Part shown: positions 33,901 through 44,787 of the stretch, piece after piece | Layout of the letters: each line of letters begins with the position of its first letter | Position numbering within the stretch: position 1 is the stretch's first letter | Source: Candidatus Krumholzibacteriia bacterium | Lineage (GTDB): Bacteria > Krumholzibacteriota > Krumholzibacteriia > Krumholzibacteriales > Krumholzibacteriaceae | DNA: 64,000 nt | Assembly (NCBI GenBank): GCA_963836185.1 | Contig: CAWIIQ010000003.1 | Span: 224,001 to 288,000, forward strand | Reading direction: 5' to 3' | The notes under the pieces: generated by a model | What the model was told of the DNA's origin: nothing | The model's database searches: none | Seen by the model: the letters and a program-made list of their open reading frames with translations, nothing else | Program-made: the position numbers and the translations under genes

Positions 33901-34435
33901 CCACTGCGCCGTAATCCCAGAAGACATAGTAGGCCGACTCTACCCAGCCGCCGCTGCAGTCCGCTCCGTGAGGGTTGCAGTCGATCACTGCCTGTTCGGA
34001 GAGATCGAGCAGGCGCGAGTCGTAGATCCTCGCGAACGATTCGAGCTGCGCGACCGCGGCGAATGCCCAGCACGACCCGCAGCTGCCCTGGTTGGTTATC
34101 GGGGTCGTTCCGTTGAGTGCCCGCCAGTCGAACGAAACGGGGAGGTCGGCACTTCCGGCCGGGGCGGCAGGCAGGGAAAGCCTCGGAGCCAGGCCGGCAG
34201 GCGCCTGAGCCGGAAGCAGGCCGAGCAGATTCTTTTTCTCCTCGGCGGAGAGGGAGCCGGGCCATGTCATACCCGCCGTCCAGGTGTCCCCGCTCTCGGC
34301 GATCTCGCGGTTCAGCCGCGCGACCCTCTCAGCCTGCGTCTCTTCGGCGGACGAAGGGGCAGAGAAGGCGAGGATCGAGGCAAGTAATACGGCAGAAAGA
34401 AGAAGGGCGGGCAGAATTCGGAATCGGTCTCTCAT
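30939..34435 (-). CDS. Secreted papain-family (C1A) protease with beta-helix, FN3/Ig domains and FlgD/T9SS-type tail (frameshifts about 33222 and 32960)
   Basis: FDWR, NQGSCGSCWAF, NHA, KNSWG; GGGI beta-helix repeats; SPNGGE Ig motif; QNYPNPFN...KMVYLR; three ORFs join end to end. Confidence 0.85.
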
Positions 34436-34673
34436 CGGAATGTTTCTCCTCAGGTGGCGGAACCCAGGTGTCAGGTCGTATGTAGCCGTCGGTAAAGGAA
34501 TAGTATACTATATCTGTAACTAAAATAGAAACACTGGATACTGCTCACAAGGGAATTCTCGCCCGCCCGGGGCGCCTCGTCTTGAAAGGGCGGCTCTCAT
34601 GCGTTAGATTGTCCGTTGTACGCAGCGGTAGATCTTCTGCCTCGCTGCTCGTCGCTCAGAACGGGAGTGAACG

Positions 34674-36164
34674 ATGGAACTGAAAAAAATATCGATTGCT
34701 GTGATAGCCACGGCGCTGCTGCTTTCGGCTGTCGGCGGTCTCAGGGCCGACGGGAAGAAGATGATCGACGCGGCCGACATGACCCGCGGCGAGAGGATCG
34801 CCGCGGTAACGGGGCAGGTCATGGCCGGCTCGGAGATCCGCGAGAACCTCGGGTGCTCTGCGATGAGATCGGCGGCAGGGTGACAGGGACCGAGGCGGGC
34901 CGGAAGGCCCGCGACTTCGCCGAGAGGACATTTGCCGGGTACGGGCTTGACAATGTCCGCCAGGAATCGTTCGGCATGTTCGGCTGGGAGGGCGGCGACC
35001 TGAGGGCCGAGATCTTATCCCCGAGGGCATTCAGGCTCGACGCGCTCGCCCTTGCCTACACCCCCTCGACCCGGCCCGGGGGACTCGAAGCGGAGGTAGT
35101 GGACGCGGCTCACGGGAATCCCGTCGAGCTCGACAAGCTCGGCGATACGCTCAACGGCAGGTTCGCGCTCATAGAATCGGGCCGTATGCCGGGTGGCAGG
35201 TGGATGCACCGCTCCGAGGTCATGGCGGAGGTCGCGAAAAGGGGCGCCGTCGGGATGCTCTACCAGAACAGGAGCGAGGGGAGCCTTCCAGTACTGGGGA
35301 TGTGCTGGCACGGCGGCCTCAGCCCTATACCGGGCATCGGCATCTCGAAGGAGGGGGGCGAGTCGATAAGGCGCATGCTCGAGACGGGGTGAGAAGGTCG
35401 TTCTGAGGCTCACTGCCGACAACCTCTCGGGAGACATCAGGAGCGCCAACGTAATCGCCGAGATACCGGGCAGGGGCCCCGACGTGGTCGTCATCGGCGC
35501 TCATCTCGACTCGTGGGCGAACGGGCAGGGAGCGGTCGACAACGGGACGGGAAGTGTTTCACTGATCGAGGCGGCCAGGGCGATAAAAGCGGCGCGGATC
35601 CGACCCGAGGCAACCATACGATTCGTCCTCTTCATGGGCGAGGAGATGGGCCTCGACGGTTCGAGGTCGTATGTCGAGACGCATGCCGGCGAGCTCGACC
35701 GCCACAGGGCGATGATCAACCTCGACATGGAGGGTACTCCGCTCGGGATAAGGGCGATGGGACGCGAGGAGGCGGGGAGCTGGTTTGAGGAACTTCTCGA
35801 AGATCTCGACGCTTTCGACCTGACAGAGGGGATCTCGTACAGGGCGAGCCTGTACGGCGATCATCACTTCTTCCTGCTTGCCGGGGTACCGGTCCTCATG
35901 CCGGTCTCGAGGGTCGAGAACGACGCGGCCCGTTACTATCACACGGCAGCCGACACATACGACAAGGTGACCTTCAGGCAGCTCAGCCTCAACGCCGCCT
36001 TCGTCGCCTCCCTGGCGCTCGAGCTGGCCAGCACCGACAAGCCGGTCATGGAGAGGCTCGACAGCGAGGGGATGAAGGAGTTCATCGAGAAGCACGGGCT
36101 CAAAGGGGCGATCGAGGTCTGGGGAGGCTGGGACTACGAGACGGGATGGTTCGAGGCCAGGTGA
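34674..36164 (+). CDS. Secreted M28 aminopeptidase/carboxypeptidase Q-like with PA domain (frameshifts about 34855 and 35390)
   Basis: Signal peptide; LCDEIGGRVTG; GAHLDSW, GAVDNGTG, GEEMGLDGS, NLDM, YHTAAD. Confidence 0.88.
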
Positions 36165-36208
36165 CTTAAAATCCAGGGGGAACGATTTCTATACTGGAAT
36201 TCCAGTAC

Positions 36209-36240
36209 GTAATTGACTATATTGGTCAGGCATTTATAAT
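36209..36240 (+). promoter_or_regulatory. IscR/Rrf2-like operator overlapping a sigma70 promoter
   Basis: gtaattGACTatattgGTCaggcat; TTGACT-N16-TATAAT. Confidence 0.6.
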
Positions 36241-36279
36241 ATCAGTAGATCGACCGGTAATCAGACGGAGGTATGGATC

Positions 36280-36504
36280 ATGAAGGAACAGGTAGCAGCG
36301 GTACTCGAGGAGATCAGGCCCAGCCTTCAGGCTGACGGCGGGGACATCGAGCTCGTGGACGTCGTCGACGGAGTGGTCAAGGTAAGGCTCAAGGGCGCCT
36401 GCGCGGGCTGCCCGATGTCCCAGATGACACTGTCAAACGGTGTCGAGAGGGTCCTGAAAGAGAGGATCCCCGAGGTCGTAAGGGTCGAATCGGTATCGAT
36501 GTAG
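36280..36504 (+). CDS. NifU/Nfu-domain Fe-S carrier
   Basis: IRPSLQADGGD, GACAGCP. Confidence 0.93.
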   Translation: MKEQVAAVLEEIRPSLQADGGDIELVDVVDGVVKVRLKGACAGCPMSQMTLSNGVERVLKERIPEVVRVESVSM

Positions 36505-36539
36505 GCTCCGGCTGAGAGGATTTCAACGATCAGATTTAT

Positions 36540-36561
36540 GGGGGCGCAAGCCCCCTTTTTT
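36540..36561 (+). terminator. Rho-independent terminator
   Basis: ggggg-c-gcaa-g-ccccc followed by tttttt. Confidence 0.85.
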
Positions 36562-36679
36562 ATTGTGGTTAGGCCGAATCACGACAGACATGCCCTCTCC
36601 TCCCGTTTTGTCATAATTCTTGCAAATCACCCGCCTGGAAGTGAATGAAACCCGGGTTTCGTCCGCACGGGAGTGCATC

Positions 36680-37180
36680 ATGCGACGTATACGTGATTTT
36701 ATCGGCATTTTTGCAAGGGTTTCAAATGCCCGCAGAAAGCGGCGCGGGCTCGGAAGGCTCGGATTCACCCTTCTCGAGCTCTTTATCGTGATAGAGATAA
36801 TCGGATTCCTTGCAACTATAGTGCTTTCAAACTATTACCGCTCCAAGAAGGCCGCCCAGGTGGCCGTGACGGTCCAGAACCTCAAGAACGTCCAGGTGGC
36901 GCTGACCTCGTACTTCGCGATGGAAGGCGAGTTCCCTGCCACGATCAACACGATCTGGCTCCAGTTCTACGGAGGCCGCGTAGCCGAGGACCTAGAGTAT
37001 ATCGGCGGAACAACGGCCGCCAACCAGGGGGGATGGGATTTCTTCGCCAGCAACAGTGACGATATCAGGTTCGGCGGGCCGGATTTCCAGGGATACGCGA
37101 TAAGAAGCAAAGAGAACCTCCTTCCGTATGCCCTGTATGTCTACGGCGATGTCGCCACTGCGGCAAAGATCGTCCACTGA
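36680..37180 (+). CDS. Type IV pilin/pseudopilin-like protein
   Basis: Basic leader then G|FTLLE class III signal and hydrophobic helix, AL..Y....G.FP. Confidence 0.8.
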   Translation: MRRIRDFIGIFARVSNARRKRRGLGRLGFTLLELFIVIEIIGFLATIVLSNYYRSKKAAQVAVTVQNLKNVQVALTSYFAMEGEFPATINTIWLQFYGGRVAEDLEYIGGTTAANQGGWDFFASNSDDIRFGGPDFQGYAIRSKENLLPYALYVYGDVATAAKIVH

Positions 37181-37248
37181 GCGGGGCGCCTGTGCGCCGG
37201 GATGTCAAATCTGCGTGACAAAAACCGCAATGCGAGTATAATCGCCGC

Positions 37249-38349
37249 ATGGATGACATGCGGCGATTTTTTGTGTTCGACGCTCACTGCGACACCGCGC
37301 TGAGGCTCACCGGGGACAAGCGGGTCGATCTCGGAAAAAGGCTTGCCGACGGGCATGTCGACCTCCCGAGGATGGCCGATGGCGGAGTCGGCGCGCAGGT
37401 CTTCGCCTGCTGGGTCGATCCCGACCTGAACGCCGGCAGATGGATGCCAGATACCATGGAGATGATTGAGGCCGTTCACGGCCAGGCGAAGAGACACTCC
37501 GACAGGTTGACCGTCGCCCTTTCGGGATCCGATATCGTTTCCGCAAAGGATTCGGGCAGGATAGCTGCCTTGATCGGTATCGAGGGGGGGCACGTGCTCG
37601 GTGGAAGCGTCGAGAGACTCGAGGAGTTCTACCGCGCCGGCGTGAGGTGCCTGACCCTTACCTGGATGAACACGAACGAGATCGCCGACTCGTCAGACGG
37701 CGAGTCCGAATGGAGCGGCCTCAGTCCCGCCGGGCGGGAAGTGATCGCCGCGATGAACCGGCTCGGAATGGTGATCGACCTCTCCCACGCCTCTGACAGG
37801 ACCTTCTTCGATGTCATCGAGGCCTCCGCACACCCTGTGCTCGTATCGCATTCAAGCTCGAGGGAGATCTGCGATATCCCGAGGAACATCAGCGATGAGA
37901 TGCTCCGGGCCCTCGCGGAGAACGGAGGCGTAGCCTGCGTCAACTTCTTCCCCGCTTTTCTCGACAAGAAGTGCCACACGAAGGTCTTCGAGATATGGGG
38001 AAGCTATCGTGAAGAGCGCAGCCGGCTGGCCGCCGAGTACGGCGGCGACCCGAAGCGGGTCGATGAGGAGATAGGCGGAGCCTACATCGAGCGGATAAAG
38101 AAGATACCGATGCCGGGGATAGAGGCGGCCGCCGATCATATCGAACATATGGCCGAGGTCGCCGGAGTAACTCACACAGGTATCGGATCCGATTTCGACG
38201 GCATCATGGTTGTCCCCCCCGGACTCGAGGATATCTCGAAGATGCAGGCACTTGCGGCTGTTCTGGCCGGCCGGGGCTGGAACGATGACGATATCGCCGC
38301 GGTGATGGGCGGGAATCTCCAGAACCTCTTTACAGCGGTTTGCGGCTGA
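37249..38349 (+). CDS. Membrane dipeptidase family M19
   Basis: DAHCD, IGIEGG, LTLTW, IDLSH, SHS, RNISD, GSDFDG. Confidence 0.93.
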   Translation: MDDMRRFFVFDAHCDTALRLTGDKRVDLGKRLADGHVDLPRMADGGVGAQVFACWVDPDLNAGRWMPDTMEMIEAVHGQAKRHSDRLTVALSGSDIVSAKDSGRIAALIGIEGGHVLGGSVERLEEFYRAGVRCLTLTWMNTNEIADSSDGESEWSGLSPAGREVIAAMNRLGMVIDLSHASDRTFFDVIEASAHPVLVSHSSSREICDIPRNISDEMLRALAENGGVACVNFFPAFLDKKCHTKVFEIWGSYREERSRLAAEYGGDPKRVDEEIGGAYIERIKKIPMPGIEAAADHIEHMAEVAGVTHTGIGSDFDGIMVVPPGLEDISKMQALAAVLAGRGWNDDDIAAVMGGNLQNLFTAVCG

Positions 38350-38640
38350 ACCTTCGGAATTCTCCGAGAAACTGCCGGATAGGGGTAAACATCTATTTAC
38401 CTGGATCCGTATTAATTATGAAGGATATTCGGGATTCAGGCGTTTATAATAGTAGTGAGAGGATTTTTCAGGCCGATTCGAGTAAAAGCCATTTCCTACC
38501 AACCGGTTGAAAAAACAGCTCATTGGCCGTGAATCGCTTTGCAGGGAGGGGAAGGTGTCTCCCTGGCGTGCGTCATGTCAGGAGATCCTCGAGAGGGCGC
38601 TCCAATGATCGACTGGTCAGACAGAAACGAAAGCAGGAAA

Positions 38641-41422
38641 ATGAGAAGATTATCGAGGCCGATCCCCGTCGCGACGGGGATTTTCTGCGTTTTACTCATC
38701 CTAGCGATGATCTCATCGCCCGCAGGGGCGGCGAGAAAGGGAAGGCTCGTCGGCAAGGTCATGGAGACGACCTCGAGAAAGCCGGTCCCCGAGGCGATCG
38801 TGGCGATCCAGGGGACGACGATGAGTACGATGACCGACAAGAAGGGGAAGTTCCAGTTCGACCTCGACCCGGGCAAGTACGGCATCACGATCTTCAAGGA
38901 AGAGTTCTTCAGCACGAACTACCAGGATATCGAGGTAGAGCCCGGGAAGATCACGACATACGAGTGCGAGATGGTCTTCGGCGATCCGACGCAGAACATC
39001 TTCTTCTCGATCGCGGGAATCAATGTCCTCGACAAGCGCGAGCTCCTGCCGGAGCAGATCGAGACGACCCACGAGATCTCGAGCGCCGAGATCGAGCATA
39101 ACCTCTCGACCAACCTCGGCGATGTCCTCGAGCTCGTCCCCGGTGTCGAGAGAACGGCGCCTCCGGGACTTTCGAGAAAGACGAACGTCGGGCTGAGGGG
39201 CGCCGGCGATGTTTCCGGCTCCGAGGGAACGGCTGCCCTTTTCGGCACGAAGGTAATGATCGATGACATCACGATGTCGAACAACGCCAACCTCCAGTCG
39301 GGAACAGGGACGTCGTACGGGGCGACCAGCACATCGGCGGGCGGCCAGATCGACCTGAGGACGATCCCCGCCGACAACATCGAGAATGTCGAGGTCATCA
39401 CGGGCGTGCCGTCGGTCGAGTATGGCGATGTGACGACCGGCCTGGTGAAGGTCAGGACGAAGATGGGCCGCCAGCCGCACAGACTCAAATTCAAATCGAA
39501 TCCCGACACGAAGGAAGCGAACTTCAACGGAGGGATCATCGTCGGGGGAGGGACGGGACTTTCGTACAACCTCAACGGCGCCTACAGCGAGAGAGACATA
39601 CAGGCGCGACGGGGACGAGTATTACCGGTACAGCGGCAGGTTCAATGTAAGGAGCCTCCTTTTCGGCGCCAGGATGGACATGCTCAACATGTTCGGCCTC
39701 AGGGGGGTCCAGGACGAGCAGAACGTCGACGTAAACGATCCCCTTTCGATAGAGACATACAACAGGGACAAGACATACATATACGGCAATACGATCGACT
39801 ACAAGCCCACCGCTGACACCAGGATCGAGTGGCGCGGCAGTCTCACATATACGAACCGCGACAGCTATCAGCAGAAGCTCGTCGGCTCAGACGTGAGAGT
39901 CCTCACCGATGCCACGGAGAACGGGACCAATCCCGGATTTTTTGACGCCGGAGCCTATCTCTCCCAGATATGGACAAAGGGAGAGGAATGGAACGTCGGC
40001 GCGAAGCTCAGCTTCCGCTGGAACACGAACACCTACAGGTTCGACCACGGCTTCCTGCTCGGAGGCGAATATACATACGACAACAACACCGGACAGGGCA
40101 AGATCTTCGATCCCTTCCATCCCCCTTACGGCAACCCGGGGCAGCGTCCGCTGTCGTTCGATTACTCGCCCGCCCTTCAGACGGCAAGCCTCTACTTCGA
40201 GGACGAGATAAAGGGATCGCTGAGGTTCAGGCCCTGGTCGCTGATAATCGGCGCGAGATATGAGATGTATACGCCGCAGAGCATCAACTGGGGCGGACTG
40301 TTCGACAGTGAGGATTTTGTCGAGTCGAACAACGGTTCGTTTCTCAATCCCCGCATCAGGTTCAGGTTCGATTTCTCGGACGATACCCGCCTGCGCCTGA
40401 GCTGGGGCAAGGCCTCGAAGATGCCTCCGATGACGAACATCTACCAGTCGCCGATGTATCTCGACGTCACCGAGGAAAACGTCTCGCCTCCCGACTCGAT
40501 GCCTCTCGTTTCGACTTACGTATACAACTGGGACAACAAGTATATGGAAGGGTATCAGAACTCCAAGGCGGAGGCCTCGATAGACCAGAAGATCGGCCCC
40601 GTGGCCCTTATTTTTACCGGGTTCTATGACGAATCGAAAAATCTGCCGCGAAGGGTGACGGACCCTATTACCATCTATCGCTACAGGTGGGAGAACTATC
40701 CTGATCCCGCGTCGGCCTCGCCTATCGATACGATCTACACCGACAATGATACGGGGCACGGATATTTTAACACGGCGGGTTTCTATAAGAAGTGGGGGCT
40801 GGAATTCCAGTTTATCACGAAGAGGATAGAGAGCATCTCGACAGTCTTCCGCGTAGACGGGTCGTACTATAAGTCCGAGTCGGGCGCTGAGGGCGTGTAC
40901 ATGACTTCCCCGAGGTACAATTCGGCACTGGACAGGACAATATATCCGATAGTCAGTTATACCGAGGGCTGGAACCAGAGGATGGTAGTAAACTACAGGG
41001 CCGACTGCCTGGTAAAGAGGATCGGCATGTGGTTGACGTTCCATGTGCAGCAGACTCTGTTTGACTCGAATCAGTCGCCTGTCGATCCGGTTGTATATTC
41101 CTCCGGATATTATGACCCGCTCCTCGGCGAGACGGTATACATCACGCCTGAGGAATCCACGGAACTGGGCCTCGACAGGCTCTACGATGATTACGACCTT
41201 TCAGTCAAGAGCAGGCCGAACGACAGGCTCCTGTTCAACATCAACATATCGAAATCGCTGGGAAGAGGCGCCGAGGTGTCGATGTTCGTCCATAATTTCT
41301 TCGACGATCCGGCCTTCTATATGAACGAACTCGGGAATTATTCCGCGAGAAATCACGATATCTTCTACGGTATCGAGTTCTCCGTGATTCTCGACAACCT
41401 CTTCAGACGAGGAGGCGAATGA
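38641..41422 (+). CDS. TonB-dependent receptor with carboxypeptidase-regulatory-like N domain (frameshift about 39603)
   Basis: Signal peptide, GKV.E...P...A.V, plug LELVPGV and IDLRTIPADNIENVEVITGVPSVEYGD.T.G, barrel LNPR...FYGIEF. Confidence 0.88.
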
Positions 41423-42555
41423 TGAAAAGAGTTTATATCATCCTGATCGCTGCTGGTTTTCTTGTCGCGGGATGCAGCAACGACAACAAGCCGACCATGC
41501 CTGACGGTGACGGGATAATGCAGATCGTCATAGTAGATACGACGGGGACGATCCCGGGCTCTACTCCAGGAATCCCGACTGTCGTCGATGGCGCCCAGGT
41601 CAGTATTCAGGCGAGGACACATGAATATATCGACATAACAGACGCAGAGGAAGGAGTGGCCGGCTTCAGCAGTCTGCCTGCAGGCGAATATTCTCTCTTT
41701 GCCCGCAGGGAACTGCCGATCGGCGCCCAGAAAAAAGTATTTACTGGATTTATCGACGTCTATATCTCCGGGCCTGAGATGCTGGTAGACACGATCTTTG
41801 TCGGCACAGTGACTGTCAATGCTCTGATGATCAACGAGATCTACTACGCGGGCGGAGATTACTCGAAATTCTATTTCTATGACCAGTTCGTCGAGTTGTA
41901 CAACTCGTCCCAGGACACGCTGTATCTCGATGGCTGTGTCCTGACGAGAAACTTCGGAACGGTCGATACCGACATAGAGGCGATCGACTACGTCCGCGCC
42001 ATCTATGCCTTTCAGTTCCCCGGCACTCCAGTCACCGGCCAGGAATATCCGATCTATCCGGGACAGCTCGTCGTCGTGGCGGCGGATGCGGTGGATCATT
42101 CTCTGTATGCCAATGCGGTAGATCTTTCCGGCGCGGACTGGGAATTCTTCAATCCTCTCGGCAGTGATTACGATGTCCCGGGGATTCCAAATGTAGTCAG
42201 CGTCCATCCTGAGAGCGGGACGGACTTCATGATCAACCTCTCCCACAATGCCGTCGTTTTCACGACCGGAGAGGAGTTCTGGTACGAATCGTATATAAAC
42301 AGCGCGGGGTACGAGAGGATAAGGATCGCCCTGCCGCTTTACACGGTAATAGATGGTGTCGAGTATGCCTCAAATTCGGATGCGACAAAAGAGCTGACCG
42401 CGCGTGTCGACGCCGGCTTCGCAGGCCTGGGATGCACGAAGTACAGCTTCCAGTCGACCGAGCGGCGCGAGATCGGGATGGACGTTAACAACTCGACCTT
42501 TGATTTTCGTTTGCTCCCCGTGCCGACACCGGGATGGACGGACCTGGAAGAATAG
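41419..42555 (+). CDS. DUF4876-like lipoprotein 1
   Basis: Lipobox VAGC; INEIYYAG, DQFVELYNSS..TLYLDG, DLSGADWE, VIDGVE, D.NNSTFDF. Confidence 0.8.
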   Translation: MMKRVYIILIAAGFLVAGCSNDNKPTMPDGDGIMQIVIVDTTGTIPGSTPGIPTVVDGAQVSIQARTHEYIDITDAEEGVAGFSSLPAGEYSLFARRELPIGAQKKVFTGFIDVYISGPEMLVDTIFVGTVTVNALMINEIYYAGGDYSKFYFYDQFVELYNSSQDTLYLDGCVLTRNFGTVDTDIEAIDYVRAIYAFQFPGTPVTGQEYPIYPGQLVVVAADAVDHSLYANAVDLSGADWEFFNPLGSDYDVPGIPNVVSVHPESGTDFMINLSHNAVVFTTGEEFWYESYINSAGYERIRIALPLYTVIDGVEYASNSDATKELTARVDAGFAGLGCTKYSFQSTERREIGMDVNNSTFDFRLLPVPTPGWTDLEE

Positions 42556-42557
42556 AT

Positions 42558-43673
42558 ATGAAGATAGCGATCTCTATAACCTTGCTCGTTCTTTTTGCTG
42601 CCTGCAGCAGCTCGGAGAAGCCTTACGCTCCGGACGGCGAGGGCGTTATCACGCTCCTGCTGGTCGATACGACGGGGACCGTCCCGGGCTCGGTTCCAGG
42701 CGAGCCATCCGTTCTTCAGGGCGCGAAGGTAAGCATTCAGGCGCGTACGCATGAGTATGTCGATGCGAGTGAATCTGACGATACCGGCGTCGCCGGATTT
42801 ACGGGGCTCGCGGCAGGCGACTATACCGTATTTGCGAGGAGTGAGATCGTTGCCGGAGCGCAGAAGAAGGTGTTCACGGGGTTCACGGAAGTGCATGTTG
42901 CAGGGACCGACGCGGTCTCGGACACCCTCTATCTCAGCACGGTGACGGTCAATTCACTTATGATTAACGAAGTATACTACTGCGGCAGCGATTACTCGAA
43001 GTTCTACTTCTACGACCAGTTCGTCGAACTGTACAACTCATCAGCGGATACGCTCTACCTCGACGGGTGCATCATCACAAGAAACTCATCGGCGAACGTG
43101 ACCGATATCGAGGAGATAGATTTCATCAGGGCGGTATATGCCTTCCAGTTCCCCGGCACCCCGGTCACGGGGCGGCGGTATCCGATAGTCCCCGGACAGT
43201 TTGTCGTTATCGCCGCCGACGCGATAGACCATTCAGTATATGCCAACAACGGGGCCGATCTTTCCGGCGCCGACTGGGAATGCTTCAATCCCCTCGGCAG
43301 TGACTACGACGTGCCGGGCATACCGAACATCATAAGCATCCATCCCTCAAGCAGGACCGATTACATGATCAGCCTTTCCCACGACGCGGTTGTCCTGGCG
43401 ACGGGGGAGGAGTACTGGGTTGACGTGGTCGATGGCGCCACGAGGATCGCTCTGCCCCTGTACTCGGTGATCGATGGTGTCGAGTACGCTTCGAGTTCCG
43501 ACAAGACCAAGTATCTGACATTGCGCGTCGACGCCGGGTTTGCCGGTCTCGGATGCGCCAAATACAGCGGCGAGTCGACCGAGCGTCGCGAAGTGGGTAT
43601 GGACGTCAATAATTCAACATTCGATTTCACTCTTCTCCCGGGGCCGACGGTCGGTTATTCGCACGTACAGTGA
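42558..43673 (+). CDS. DUF4876-like lipoprotein 2
   Basis: Lipobox FAAC; same motifs, close paralog of lipoprotein 1. Confidence 0.8.
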   Translation: MKIAISITLLVLFAACSSSEKPYAPDGEGVITLLLVDTTGTVPGSVPGEPSVLQGAKVSIQARTHEYVDASESDDTGVAGFTGLAAGDYTVFARSEIVAGAQKKVFTGFTEVHVAGTDAVSDTLYLSTVTVNSLMINEVYYCGSDYSKFYFYDQFVELYNSSADTLYLDGCIITRNSSANVTDIEEIDFIRAVYAFQFPGTPVTGRRYPIVPGQFVVIAADAIDHSVYANNGADLSGADWECFNPLGSDYDVPGIPNIISIHPSSRTDYMISLSHDAVVLATGEEYWVDVVDGATRIALPLYSVIDGVEYASSSDKTKYLTLRVDAGFAGLGCAKYSGESTERREVGMDVNNSTFDFTLLPGPTVGYSHVQ

Positions 43674-43677
43674 TGAT

Positions 43678-44787
43678 ATGAAGACAAGAGCTATAATAAC
43701 CTTTCTCGTGATCATTCTGGTCATGGCCTTCTCATGCGGTGAGGAGAAGCCGACCGTGCCGGACGGCAGCAATAACATCAAGCTCTACGCGATAGATACA
43801 TCGGGTGTGCAGGGTGGATGGAATGCGCTCGAGGGCGCCACGATAAGAGTAAGCAGCTCGACCAGCCTTTTCGAGGCGATTTATGAGACCGGGCCCGATG
43901 GATTCGTCATACTCGATGATCTTGTAGCGGGTACCTATATGCTGCAGGCAGAGTTGATCAATACTGAGGAGAGTTATACTATCCTGGGCCAGAAAGAGAT
44001 TTCCGTACTGTATGATCCGCAGATGTCCGATACGGTTTATATGAATTACCAGCAGTCCTCGCCGCTGACAATCAATGAGATTTACTATTGCGGCTGCAAT
44101 TCTTCGAGATTCTACTACTACGACCAGTTCATCGAACTGTACAACTCATCTCCCGATACATTATGGCTCGATGGCTATTTCATGTGCCGGAACACCCAGA
44201 TCGCCGAGGTGATCGATCCCGAGGTCGAGGATTATGCGCTGGCATACTACGTTTTCGAGTTCCCCGGCGAGAGTGGCGTTACGAAGACCGTACCGATCGC
44301 TCCCGGACAACATCTTGTCATCGCGGCCGATGCTCTCGACCATTCCACCTACGGCGGAACCTGGTGTGTCGACGTCTCCGGTGCCGACTGGGAGTTCTTC
44401 AATCCGCTGGGCAGCGATTATGACACTCCGGGAGTTCCCAATCTGACTCCCGTATCCAATCTCGAGGGTGAATTCTCGATGAACCTCGCCCACTGCGCTA
44501 TCTATCTGGCGACCGGAGAGGAGTGGTCGTACGGAATGCATTTCGATGGAAACGACATGAAGGAATACATACACATACCATTGTATACGATCGTGGATGG
44601 TGTCGAATACGCGAGCAACACCGACGCGACAAGATATATGACGATAAGAGTGGACGCGGGCCTTGCGGGGATAGGTATGAGCAAGTACAGCGCGACTTCG
44701 GTCCAGCGCAGGTTCCCCGGCCTGGATTCGAACAACAGTACTTTCGATTTTGAGAACACGCAGCCGCCGTCACCCGGCTGGCAGTAG
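43678..44787 (+). CDS. DUF4876-like lipoprotein 3
   Basis: Lipobox AFSC; same motifs, more divergent. Confidence 0.8.
   Translation: MKTRAIITFLVIILVMAFSCGEEKPTVPDGSNNIKLYAIDTSGVQGGWNALEGATIRVSSSTSLFEAIYETGPDGFVILDDLVAGTYMLQAELINTEESYTILGQKEISVLYDPQMSDTVYMNYQQSSPLTINEIYYCGCNSSRFYYYDQFIELYNSSPDTLWLDGYFMCRNTQIAEVIDPEVEDYALAYYVFEFPGESGVTKTVPIAPGQHLVIAADALDHSTYGGTWCVDVSGADWEFFNPLGSDYDTPGVPNLTPVSNLEGEFSMNLAHCAIYLATGEEWSYGMHFDGNDMKEYIHIPLYTIVDGVEYASNTDATRYMTIRVDAGLAGIGMSKYSATSVQRRFPGLDSNNSTFDFENTQPPSPGWQ

Noticed and set aside
34500-34511. ATAGTATACTAT palindrome between divergent peptidase genes
   Set aside because: Short, AT-rich and single copy; could be chance
41419-44787. Long direct repeats suggesting an array or DGR template
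   Set aside because: Explained by three paralogous genes; no reverse transcriptase nearby and differences are not adenine-specific by eye
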